64,000 nt of DNA from Octopus sinensis (lineage: Eukaryota), in NCBI RefSeq assembly GCF_006345805.1, contig NC_042998.1, positions 83,452,001 through 83,516,000 on the forward strand, in the 5' to 3' direction. Of this stretch, positions 26,701 to 40,044 are shown one piece after another (the first letter of the stretch is position 1; every line of letters begins with the position of its first letter). The notes under the pieces were generated by a model. That model saw nothing but the letters and a program-made list of their open reading frames with translations. It made no database searches and was not told where the DNA came from. Both the position numbers and the translations under genes were made by a program.

Positions 26701-29700
26701 TCTCCTAAATTTCAGTTTTTGCTGTAATTGAAATTTTACCAGACTCAATTTTAGTTTTAGCAAAAACTTTCAAAAAACGAGTGGGAATTAGACAGACTAA
26801 AAGAAACAACCAAAATAAAGCTTTCGGTTGTCTCTCTTGGCCTTATATTGTCTTCTTTCCACTTGTAACTATACTGTGTGTGTGTGTGTGTGTGTGTATT
26901 AAGGTATCCGGCTCACGATCGTAAGGTTGCAGGTTGTATCCTTGAGCAAGACTTTCACGTTGCTTCTGTTCACTCAGCAGGCAAAAATGAGTTGTATCTG
27001 TAATTCAAAGGGACCAGCCTTGTAACATTCTGTTATGCTGAATCTCTGAGAACTTAAGGGTTCACGTGACTGTAGAGTGCTTTAGTCAGTTGCACATTAA
27101 TTTCAGGCGCAGGCTGATCTAATCAAATGGAACACTCGTTCTCGTAGCCGGAGTGCCCAGTCGGAGGCGCATACACGCACTCCCACTCCTGAAGCCCTAT
27201 TGTTCGATGTACCTTTCCCCTTGTGCAATAATACATTTAATTTCTTATAAAATTGTACCACATTTAATTTGTTAATTTGGGTTTATAAATTAGATTTGTA
27301 CAAATAATTTTAAAATATTTTAAATTTATTTTTCAGCACGAAATGATCCATGCTTATCTTTGGGTAACTAAGGAGAATGTAAGTAAAATAAAATATATCT
27401 ATAACTCTAGTTTTCTTGCGTAATGGCAAAGAATCGTATTTGACGTGTTTATTCTGATAAAATAAAACTTCATTATTTTTCTTTTATATGGAGGGCGTTA
27501 TCGATTTGAAGACAAAATGTGAGTTTTAAAACGGAAGCTGAATCTAAGCACTTATGGAAAAGAACTATGAATCTTGGGGTTTGTAAGGATATTTAACCAC
27601 TGTAATACGCGGATCAACACTCGTAGGATATTGCGCTAACATTTTGTAGTTAAGTTATCCAGACTAGATTTCTGGGATGCGTTTAATTGGCGGAAACTAG
27701 TATCTCACAATATGTCCTAAAGTACCCACACTATTTTATATCACTATTACATTGTGACAGTGAGTCACCTTTAAATTGTTTCGATATAATTGGTCAAATA
27801 TATCTGAACTAATAGTTATTCCTAACCACTGATAAAGGGTCGTATTATTTTTTGGTAGTAGGGCATGTTTGATTAAATCGACTCCAGTACTTGTCTGGTA
27901 CTTTAAGCTCAACGACATTCAAATTCAAATCAGAGCTGTCTTATATTTCAACAATTCTGTCACGGTAAAATATTACCCGATGAAATTCGTTGTGACTGAA
28001 AAATAGTATTTGATTTAAAGCCTCTTCTACGTTTTTCTTTCAACTTATCAATTTTTATGGGTGACACCAAATTCCGAAGTTTCGAACTAGCGCAAAATTT
28101 CAATTATCAGCTGAAAATTATTTTCCACTTTTGAATCTTCAAATAGTCGTGGGTCTAACTTTTAATGTATAACTCCTTCCTGCATTGGCACTTTTTTACT
28201 TTTGCAATTAACTTTCTAGAGATTTTTGTGCACAATGAAACGTTTTCTATGGAATTGAATTCCCAGTTCGGATTTCACGGTTTTTCTGATGTCTGGGTCC
28301 AAGTGTAGGCCTGGCATCATTGTCCGGACACGGTTTGGATTAGTGATTTTTTTTTCTATCAGATTGTGATTGGATTTTAAATGACTTTGCCTTTAGTCAT
28401 TGAGGTACTTCAGTCACTGCCCAACATGGCGATCCTGTGTAGTAACAGGGAAAGTATCATGCATAACCTAATACACTCAATATATCAGGTTCGCCTGTCT
28501 TTGCCTTCCGGTCGCCTGTCTTTGCGTTTCGAGTGCAAATTCTGCTGAGGTCTACTTTGCCTTTCATCCTTTCGGGGTCGATAAAGTACCAGTTGCGTAC
28601 TGGGGTCGATCTAATCGACTGGCTCCCTCCCACCAAATTTAGGGCCTTGTATCTAGTAGAAAAGAATATATCGGGTATCTCAATAAAACCTAGGGCGCTG
28701 AGTTGCGCTGTCTGGCCACTTCGATCCCGAGTAGGAATAGAACTATGTATGAAACCAATCGATACAGCAAATGGATCTCGAAAATAAATATAGAGGTATG
28801 TAACATTATGGCTGTGTGATCGTTTGCTTCGTAAGCCCTTGATTTCGGGTTCAATCCCACTACACAGCACCTCAGATTTTTTCCACAGTTCTAGGCTGAC
28901 AAATTCCTTCAGTGAATTTGGACGATAGAAATTACGCGTAAGATTGTATGTGTATAATTTCCCCGCTTCTTGGAAACCAGTGTTGGTTAATGTCTCCGTA
29001 ACAGGTTCAGCAAAAAGAGATCGGTGGAATAAGCAATGGAGTAGATTTGTTCGACTAAATCTTTCAAGGCGGAACTCCAGCATGGCTGCAGTCCAATTGC
29101 TGAAACGAGTAAAAGAATAAAATGCAGTTGTATACGGAAGTTAAATCTAAAGTCAGAAATGCGAAGTGCGGATAATTTTTAAAATTTTATTTTAGACGTG
29201 ATGGTGGGGTGGTGAAGTCTATTGCAATTTATTGGAAACTATTCGCCTGTATTAATATTAGAACATTTTTAAAAATTCGTCTTTTTAATTATTTCTTTGC
29301 AGGAGCACCAAGAACATGGCCCGAAATTCCACGCGGAAAAGAAAAGAATTGAGAAACGGTCGGGAATGAAGCTAGAAGTGATTATAACTAATTTATTGAA
29401 TTTATGTAAATTTCTGGCAGCGTTTGTTATTTGGTGTAGAATGTAAGAAACCAGCGCCAAAGAAAATATAATTTAAGATAATCATTAAAAAAAATTAACA
29501 ATTTAGCGCTAGTTTGGAGCATTGCCCAAATATTTAATGTAAGTTATCTTTCAAACGTAGTCTTGTTTATAACAAAAGTGTATTGGTGAGTTTGTCTGCC
29601 AGCTGCATTTTATAATGCAATACAGCAATCTTTCTTTTGACGCTGTTTATTGAAAATCGGACACGAGTACCTTGCGGCACTTGGGCAATGTGTGGCCTTT

Positions 29701-32700
29701 TATGATTTGTATGAAACTCAGTACCACTATGTAAACATTACTTTCTAAACTGTAACAATCTCCAGATTCAATCGCGCTTTCTTCTCAGTTTGACGTCGTG
29801 CATTTTCTCTCCGAATTCTCAACGGAAGCTTACTGTATACAATGTTCTTTAAATCATTTTACTGCTACAACCTGCTTTATGAATAAAATTTCATAAAACT
29901 TAAAATGGTTTCTATACTAGTAAATTATATACACATAGTAAATGATGTACATAGTAAAAATAGCTTTAAACTCATGAAGTCGACTACGCGACATCTGTAA
30001 TCACCTAAAGCTTTACTACAAAGTGTAAGTATATGGAGTTCTGTGTGAAGGCGCGTGGTCTAGTGGTTAGTGTTGCACTCACAATTGCTAGATCGTGAGT
30101 TCGATTCCAGGACGAGGGTGGCGCGCTGTGTTCTTGAGCAAAAACACTTCATTTCACGTTGCGCTTCAGTTCATTCGGTTGTAAATGGGTATCCATGCGA
30201 TGGAATCTTCTGATAAGGGGAATGTTGGCTTGCTCGCCTAACCTGCAAGGCGGCATCGTCCGAAGGCTAAAACTATGCAAAGCGCATTGGGACCAACAAC
30301 CGATCAGTACCGTGATATCAAATTCTAATAATTGGCTATTACTATATTTAAGTAAAATTCTTAAAATATAATCTAATATCTTTTATTTCTACAAAATTAA
30401 TCGAATTGTCTCGTAAATAGTCTTTAATTAAAGACACCAAAACAATCCTTGAAATTTCTCTATCGATTTTAGAAACTTGTCCATAAGACGTGAGTTTGAG
30501 TTGCACGGGAATCCATCGACCCTTTTCTCTTTAAATGCGTTTTTCTACCCAATATTTACATGATATCCATAGCTTTTTGTGCTTAAAAATTTACTTCTCC
30601 AAAAACAATTTTACAAGAAAACTACTGAATAGTCTGCCATTGAATCATTGACTAAAGTCTGTTACATTTTAATCTATCGCCTAAATATTCTTTCTTCTAA
30701 AACAGATTTTCCATGAATTCCATTCTGAATGTCACCATCTGCAGACTCATGTTTGGAAATGTAACGGTCCATGTCGAAAATCTAACTACGAGCATAGAGT
30801 TATTCGACGAGCTCAAAACAGGCCTCCTTCCAATAAGGAGAAATGGTTTCGTATCCATGCTAATATCTGTGGCGGTACTTTTGTTAAAGTAAAAGAACCT
30901 TCAGAAAAAAAATTTGGTAATTTTGTGTTCATTTAAAAAAAATATTTATGTTGGCATGTAGGGTCAGCTGGCCAATTCGTTAGCATGACGGGCAAAACGA
31001 TTAGCAGCATTTTTGTTCTTTACAATGAGTTCAAATTCCGCCGAGGTCGACTTCGCCTTTCATCCTTTAGAATTCAATAAAATAAGTATCAGTCGAGCAC
31101 TGGAGCCGATGTAATGGAATTACCCTCTTTCCCGAGATCATTGCCCTTGTGCTAATATATGAAACCAATATTTATGCAGACAGAATCGTTAGCACGCCGG
31201 ACAAAATGCTTAGCGGCCCTTCAGATTCTGTTCTGAGTTCAAATTCTGCTGAGATCGACTTTGTCTTTCGGGGTTGATAACAGAAGAGCCAGTCAAATAC
31301 TGCGGCCAATATAACTGACTGCCCCACTCCCTATAAAATTGCTGGCCTTGTGCCAAAATGTGATCATTACTTTGCGTTGAAATCCCATTTGTTGTAAAGC
31401 AAATACTTTTAATTTCATTGGTTTTGTTTCACTTGTTTAATCAGTGGGTGTGTATTCCTGACACTTGTACTCTCAATAGTCATCAAGCAGAATCTTGATA
31501 CAGGGCTCCTTTTAACTGTATATTCTATCGCGTCAGTAAAAGTTAAATATTTCGATTTGCACGTTATCTTCACAATTACATTATATTTGCGCGTTATTAG
31601 GGCATCAAAGGAAATGAGTGGGGGACACAGAAGTAAATAGTTTACGGCACAAAAGAAATCACTTTAAACTTCCTTAAATAACATTCCAAGTAATTTACAT
31701 GGTCGGAAAAAATATTTTTGTAGTGTTTCTGCTGTTATAGTGAGGATTTGATCAGATTTTGCAATTAAAGTAGAAAAATGTGTAAGTATACAAAAGTAAA
31801 CATTTTTCATCTTAGTTTGTTCAATTTTGAAAAATAAAAATTCATTTTATGGTTTGTTTACATTTTGAATTACATATAATTGGACACCAAGATCTTAAGA
31901 GATAAAGGATTCTTAATCTTAATCTGACCCTGTTTTAGCAATTATATTTTATACAATTGAATAATGGCGTCCTGATTATTGATTCCAGAGATCCAGTTCG
32001 TTGTTCACTGCATTTCGAGGCGTGACAAGGGAATGTCTATAACTCCATGCAAAACGGATCTCGAAGGACATTCATAAAATGCCGTTATTTCGGATCTGCA
32101 GCCAATATTTATCTGCACAAGAATACATATGCTTACGCCTGTAGAATCCCAGTCAGAAAATATATTACCCTAACCAAAGTAATGCCGCACCTTTCCCAAG
32201 GTATCGCACGGTGGGTGGTCGAACTCGGAACCATGTAGTTGCGGAGCGAACATTAACTACTCAGCCAATTCTTTCTTAGTTTGGATTTCACAAAGTTATA
32301 TCGCTTATGCAACACATAGACATTAAACAAACTGTCTCAAATTAGTTTCTGACTAAAACTATCTTGAATATTAATTACAAACGAGTAATGAATTTGATGC
32401 TGACGTTTTGGGCGAGGAGATGTTTTACGGTGTCTTGTTCGGTGCTTTAGTTAAATTATTTCTGCTTGGCTAGCCTTTGTCAGGCCTACACCTGAAAATG
32501 CTGAAATTAAGCCTAGCAGGTATTCACTCATCGCTTAAAATCTCATTAAAATAGTACAGCACTTGCACAAACTGCAAAAAAATGCAGACGGTATAAGTTA
32601 CCATTTTCTCCGTATTGTTTGGTTTGCAGTCACGATGAAACTGAAGAAAATAATGCAGCTTCATGCTGAGTGGTTGGGTAAAATATTGTTTTTATAAATT

Positions 32701-35700
32701 CGGTTCATTATATTGCTCTAACAATCACTACTTTGAAATTCATTTCCACATTTCTGAACGAAACAAGGCTTTACGATAAATCTCATTTGATAGGCGAATA
32801 GTAAGGTTTTTCTTGTTTATAGTCGATTAATTTTTTTTTTCACCTAAAATATTTTTCATTGCGTAAATCATTTCCTGTGTTTTCGTTTTTTCAAGAAAAG
32901 CATGTGATCAAAGCATTGCTTGTGTAGCAATTTTGATTACAAGCGCAATGGTATAGCCCTTGTCTGACCCCGTCTCCTCGCCCTTTATACAGGCTTATAC
33001 AATACACAAAAGATGCAATCATAAAAGCGACTCTCCACCCCAGCTACGTTATTAGGTAATGTAGATATTTTTTTCTACTCTAGGCACAAGGCACAAAATA
33101 TTGGGGGAGGGGCCAGTCCATTAGATCGGCCCAAGTTGGCAACTGGTACTTAATTTATCAACCCGAAAGGATGAAAGGTAAAGTCGACCTCGGCGGAATT
33201 TGAACTCAGAACGTAGACAGACGAAATACTGCTAAACATTTCGCTCGGCGTGCTAACGTTTCTGCCAGCTCGTTGCCTTAGATAATGTCTCCAGCAACAG
33301 ATACAAGCGAACAAGTCACAGCGAGGTCATTCGATGGGCTAGAAATAGAAACCATATATTCCGCAAATCAATTTGTCTTTAATCCCCTTTTCCGCGGGCC
33401 TTTATTAAAGACAAAAGATTGCTGTTTTATCTGTTAATTTCAAACTTTAAAAGAAAAGTTGAAAAAAAAAATTGTATTCGAAATTTCCATTCTACATTTC
33501 TACTAATTTCGTTGGTTATTTTCCCCTCAGCTGTATCTAATCAAGAATCCGTCCAGGCAACTTTTGTTGGGTTCAGTCGGTAACTGAATCTTAAATGGTT
33601 TGAACAACGCTTCTCGATGTTCCCCAACGAAGTAATCCTCTGGGTACAGGAGTTGTACCAAAGTATCAAGTCTGGAAACCGAACTGTTAAGTGTACACAG
33701 ACCTGCATCTGTTCGAACATGGCTAAATCAATGCCTATTACTCCCTTTTGGTAACAGAATATGGAAACCTCTTAAATCTCATCTCTAGAGAGATAGTTGT
33801 CTAGAATGACTCGAGTATTTGTTCCAAATCTTTTCTGAGATCAAATCCTGTAAAGATCGATTTTGCTTGTCATTCTCTAGGTATCGTTAAAAAATAGTAT
33901 CAGTCTAGGATGCTGTATTGGTGGAACTGTTTCAGAGTTGGACATGGTGCCTTGTGTCTGTTCTGGTCCTCTGAGTTCTGAATGCGACGACACCAGTTCC
34001 AGGATGTATAGACCCAAATTAGTGACCTTTCGCGTGGATAAACATCAGCGGCGTGGAGAGACAACTTGGATGCGTGAATCAAATCAAGTCCTTCCGCAGA
34101 AAGAAAATCAGGCAAATTTATGAACTTCAACGTGGCGGGCGGCAGGCGTGGGGTGGGCACACATACATCATACGAATTGGTTTTTAACGGTAGAACTGTA
34201 AGTAGATAACACTATAACTGCGCGTAAGTATTGGTTTGAAAAAATCCTTACATTGACGCGCTGCTTATAGTTAGATCTACTTCGTGTTCTACCGTTAAAA
34301 ATCATTTCGTGTCTGGAAGTTTGTAATTTCTAATGACATAAAGTCTATTTCTCTCTCTCTCTCTCTCTCTCTCGTTATTATGCAAAATTATCGTAAGTCC
34401 AAAACGTTTTTTTTCACCATTCCATGGCAAAACCGTTATACTACACTGACAATTTATGATATATTGGCAGCTGAAGATACAATAGTTTGACCAAAAGAAC
34501 CGGCTATTGCAAGCAAAAATATTGAAAAAGATTTTTTAAAACGCCGAATTTGGATATACGACAGTTTAACATAATAGCAACGATATATATATAGTTACCA
34601 TGTTTCAAGAAATATGGCATTTAAATATGGAATATTGGAAATTTTTTTTTCTCTAGAATTTAATCCAAGAATTGAAGAGGAACTAAGAACATATATTTCC
34701 AAAACGTGGAAAATTACCATAGAAGGTATTTATAGATTTTTCTAAAATTGTTGAAAACTTGGCATTTTTAAAAATATCAAATTCGTCAATGCTTTCGGGG
34801 TTTTATCAAAATTGTTCTTGCTATAAGTATTGGTCTTTATCAGTCACATTTGAGAATTGAGCCTTTTCCAAGATTCTAAATTAGTTTATTCTACAAACTG
34901 TTAAACATTCTTAGTCTAGGTTTAATGAACCTATATGTGGTCGTTTGAGTTGCTAGAAATATCGGTCAGGTTTCTCGAATCATACTTCATCGTCGTTAAA
35001 AATAAATAAAATTGTTTGGTAATCAGATTAACTGTTCCGGTTCGAATGGCTTTCAGATCTGTTCAGTCAGGGCAGATCCGGGGCTAAGTAACCGTACATA
35101 AAATCCGAGGTAGATATTGCACTGTATGTTGTCCTTCCACCTACATGGAAGATCCCTTGCGCTATGACTTCTGGAATGTCTGTACATGAGCTTGATATTT
35201 CAGATTTACAAAGTGGATACATCAATTCTTTAAGCCGAAGTTGACTTCCTTCTTCGAAAAGCGGTGGATAATATCAACATTTCCCATTTGTATTGCAAAA
35301 TATTTTAGTTATTGACGTTTGCGATAAGATGGTCAAACGACTGTTTCATTGTCCAAAACTGTTAAAGAAATTAACAAGAAACTAATGGATAAGTCCCATA
35401 CCATAAAATGAGTTAGTATTAAATTAACCAAGTTCTTCATGAAGTTCCTTGAAATTTGCTTTTAGCTTTTGTCACTGCACTGCGCCATGCTGAGGCACTG
35501 TCTTGAGTTTAGAACAAATAGACCCCGCCCCAACCAGTGCTAATTTTTAAAGCTTGATACGGGGACGTAAATAAATCAAAACTGGTTGTCAAGCGGCGGC
35601 AAGACATACATATACACATAACGGGCTTCATCCAGTTTCCGTCCACTAAATTCAATCACAAAGCTTTAGTTATCCCGGCACTATAGAAGACACTTACCCG

Positions 35701-36475
35701 AGGTGCAACGCAGTTGGACTGAACCTGGAACCATGTGGGTGGGAGATTCTTTGATCTCTACTTCAGAGTACGAAACTTGCTTTGAAGAGATTTAATAAGA
35801 CCGAAACATAGTTGTCTCCCGTATTTACCAGATGAAATATAGCCATTGGCTAATAGTTTTTTCCTTCTCACTACATAGCTATTTCTAATTAGTTTTCGTA
35901 CTGCTTACATTAAAGAAAGGTACATTTTTTAAGTACATTCTGCACATTTCTTGCAAAATCTCTTAAACCTTACTTTATTGCCTGGTGTTTTGCGTTCATT
36001 TGAGTTCATTTGTAGTCTCTTACTTATACAGTAGTTGACAGCTGTATTTACGATTTCGGAGTGAAATCTATTAACCCTTCTAGGGCCGGTGGGGTTGGAA
36101 TTACACAAAAAGCCATTGGGGTCCCCTTTTATTTTTGCGCATTTTCGCACTATCCATAAAGTAATTTTTTAAAATCTTGTACATGATACAAAACAAGAAA
36201 TTTAGCACTTTTATTAACTATACATTTGGCACTAAATATAGAATAAAAGAAAAAGTATATCGATTCCTACCAGTACAAATACGAAGAAAATTAACATAGT
36301 TTATCAGAATATCTGAAAAAGAACAAAAATTTCGCAAAAGACCAATGGGGTCCAGTTAAATCCTAATGACCGTATTTTATAACATCCATATGACTGGAAA
36401 TTTATAACTACAAATTTGTATGTGCATACAGTAGGACCTCGGTTTTCGAACAACTCAGATCACGAATAAATCACG

Positions 36476-36543
<68 letters not shown>

Positions 36544-39500
36544 AATAAAGTGCGATTAGGTGTTCGAAAATCGAGGTATTACTGTATATAAACTATTGAC
36601 AAGTCATGAGATTTAAAATCACTTAAATAAAAATTGTAAAAGTTGCATGACTTTTAAAATCTGCTGGGGCCCCAAGGGACCCCCGCCGGCCCACGAAGGA
36701 TTAAGTATATGTATTTTAGACAGTCACCGTATTCATTGTTACTCTAAAGTGTTAAAACCTTTGAAAATCCTACACTTCAATTTGATGGTTTCAAAAACAG
36801 AATCAAGACAGCTTATATTTCTTGATTTCGAACATTTGTAATTTAAACACAAATTTAATTTTTTTTTACCCCATTATATTTATCCCATTTGAGCTTCGGA
36901 ATTGACCAATGTTTGATTGTAATAAATGAAACTGTAAATTTTCGAAGATAAAACAGCCATCTAATTAATTTTGTGCAAATTGTTTGAAAATTGTTTCCAT
37001 TTCCCAGGTCTTTACTAACCAGACCCGACTACGTATAACAAGGAGGATTATCTTGGTTTCTTTAGATCGTTTATCAAATTTGATAAGCAACTATAAAAAG
37101 AAATTTAGACAATACTTAATATATTCTACCAAGCTTATTTCTTACAGCAAGCGGATATCTTTAATATGAAATACAACTATGAATTGTTTCCGTTTTAAAT
37201 CTTGGGATTAGTCTTTCATTTACTTGAATTCTGGGTTACTGATGTGGAAAAAATCAGAATATCTCAGCATTCTTTCTTTCCAAGAAAGAATACTTAATTC
37301 TAGCTGTTCGAAGGCTGAAAATGTAAATTAATCTGTATTTGTCTATGAATACTGTCAGATCTAAATATAAATGTGTACAACAATGTAAAATTACTTCCCG
37401 AATTGAAATGGGTCAAGGATTCCGTTTTGCAAAACATTTAGTAGACGAAATGGATTTTCAGGCAGCTTATTTCTATGTGATGTATAAAAGATCGATCGGA
37501 TAATTTTGTCTGTGATAAAATAAAACCCTGATCTTTTTTCTTTCTTAGATTTCTAAGATTGGACATCCTTTATACTTAAACAATTTTTTGTATTAGACTT
37601 TCTCGGTCTTTTCAACGTAACACTAAAATAGAAATGCAATTCAGAAAGTTTAGTAGCTTTGCTTGGACTTCAAAACTAGGATCGCCGCTGTTTTGAAAGA
37701 AAACCCAATCTAATTATCGTTCAGTTCTTAGTGGAAACCAGTTTACTCGATTTATGTTGCAAATGTTCTTTGAGAAAGTGGTAATGTTGTAGCTTTGTAT
37801 TTCCTCGATGACTTTATTTTATAACCCGTTTTGTGTATGTGTCTATTAAATGTTAGTCTATTAAATGTTAGTCTATTAAATGTTAGTCTATTAAATGTTA
37901 GTCTATTAAATGTTAGCCTATTAAATGTTAGTCTATTAAATGTTAGCCTATTAAATGTTAGCCTATTAAATGTTAGCCTATTAAATGTTAGCCTATTAAA
38001 TGTTAGCCTATTAAATGTTAGCCTATTAAATGTTAGCCTATTAAATGTTAGCCTATTAAATGTTAGCCTATTAAATGTTAGCCTATAAATGTTAGCCTAT
38101 TAAATGTTAGCCTATTAAATGTTAGCCTATTAAATGTTAGCCTATTAAATGTTAGCCTATTAAATGTTAGCCTATTAAATGTTAGCCTATTAAATGTTAG
38201 CCTATTAAATGTTAGCTCAATAATCTAGATATGAAGTGTTATCACTGAGGAGTAACCACTTTTGAAGAGGACTTCATCTATAGTCAATAAAATGTAAAAA
38301 AAAAAAATGATTAATTCTGTTTACTATAGCTAGACCTTTTTTTTTTATAAGAAAATGTACAATTAAATCAATTTTTTAGTTGGAAACCAAACGTTGACTT
38401 GTAAAACAAAACAAATTGATCTTATCTCTTGGATAAATCGGAAAAGAACAAAATGGTATTATCTTTCATTCAAGTCTTGGATACCAGAATTTTTAATTTA
38501 CAACATGGAAGTTATTTTACCCAATTTCGAAGTTACATTTATTTTCATTTGTTCATTATCAGAACTATACCAATCGAATACACTTAAGTTTCTTAACGGA
38601 AGTCCCTTTTGATAGTTGTCTTATTCTAATGCCATCATTAATTTTGACTCAATTTACTTCAAATCTGCTTGCTGTTCTCATACTTTCTCATATAAAGGAA
38701 ATATTTAGACAGGGTTGTATGGTTACCAAATTCTCTTCGCGACCACGTAGTTCCGAGTTTACACTGGACAAGATTTTCCAATAAAATTGAATAAATTCAG
38801 TAAGCGAGTTCACCATTTTTGTACATTTTCATGAGACTTGCTAACTGAAATGTCCGATCCTTTAAAGAATTATGGGTGTTGTAAAGTGCAGCTGCCACAA
38901 ATGACAGACTGAGGTTGGATTTCGATATTTGCTAAGCCAGCCCTCAGATTAAGTCTGTTGGCTTCGTGTCTGGAGAATATAATATTCGATTGTTTAAATC
39001 CATTCAGTGTATTGAAACCGTTAATGCTACATTTCCAGATCTGTTTTTCACAAGCATAGAACATTCTGGTCAGAGCCTTAAATTTTGCAAGGTTGAACAA
39101 GACTTTTCTGGATGTAAGTTTAAGAGGGTCCTCGACTTTCTATCGCTCAGAATTATGCACCAGTTGAGCTTCCTATAGGACCTAAACTCTTGCTTGTTTG
39201 AAAAACATTTTAGGAAGTATAAAAATTTCATTAGTTTCAAGTAAGTATAACGGTAACGCAGCGGTATCTTTTAGTAAATGGGTTAAATCTAATATTCGAG
39301 CGACTTAAGGTAAGTCAGCCAGTGGGAGAATGGTATGGCTCCATCTAGGAACAGCAGGTGAATCATAGTCTGTAAAAGACATTACATAATGAAATATTAG
39401 ATACACTGGTAGGACGTAGATGGTCTGAGATGGAATTCCTATGATCAGATTTGTTTGATCATAGCTGACCTGAAACTAAACAACGCCAAAGATAAACAAC

Positions 39501-40013
39501 GAACCATTTTTGATTCCCAATTGTTGGCATTTAATTCTTGCTAAAGTTGTTTAGAAATCTTCACAGGAGCTCTTGTCTATTTCATAAATCTAGTCTCGTT
39601 GATCTGAATCACCAATTACAAACTCTAATTGAATTCGGATATAAGTTTGTGTGCATTATATTAAAACTTTGAAATATAAACTCCAGCTCTAAATGTACAA
39701 ATATAAATTACTTGCAACGACGACTTTTCAAATCGATTTTTGAAACTGCTGTCAATATAATTTCGAAACTCTTGTACCACACCCTATTAGTTTTTTATTT
39801 TTTAATGTTTTTTTTTTTTCGAACAATGGTTAGATTTTAATCGTTACTTTTAAACATTCTCTTAAAGCTATGAAAAAACCCGCGTCATCTTCAGAAAGTG
39901 ATTTCTCAAGCGACAGTGATGACATGATTCTCAATTGTTATTCATGGAGTAGCTATTCCGATTCTTTTAGCGATTCAGGTGAGCAAGAACGAAATGTCTC
40001 TTTCTATCTCCAT

Positions 40014-40044
<31 letters not shown>

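Noticed and set aside
28457-29083. 208-aa minus-strand ORF
   Set aside because: Made of SINE-A and SINE-B remnants inside a SPRTN-like intron; no domain signature.
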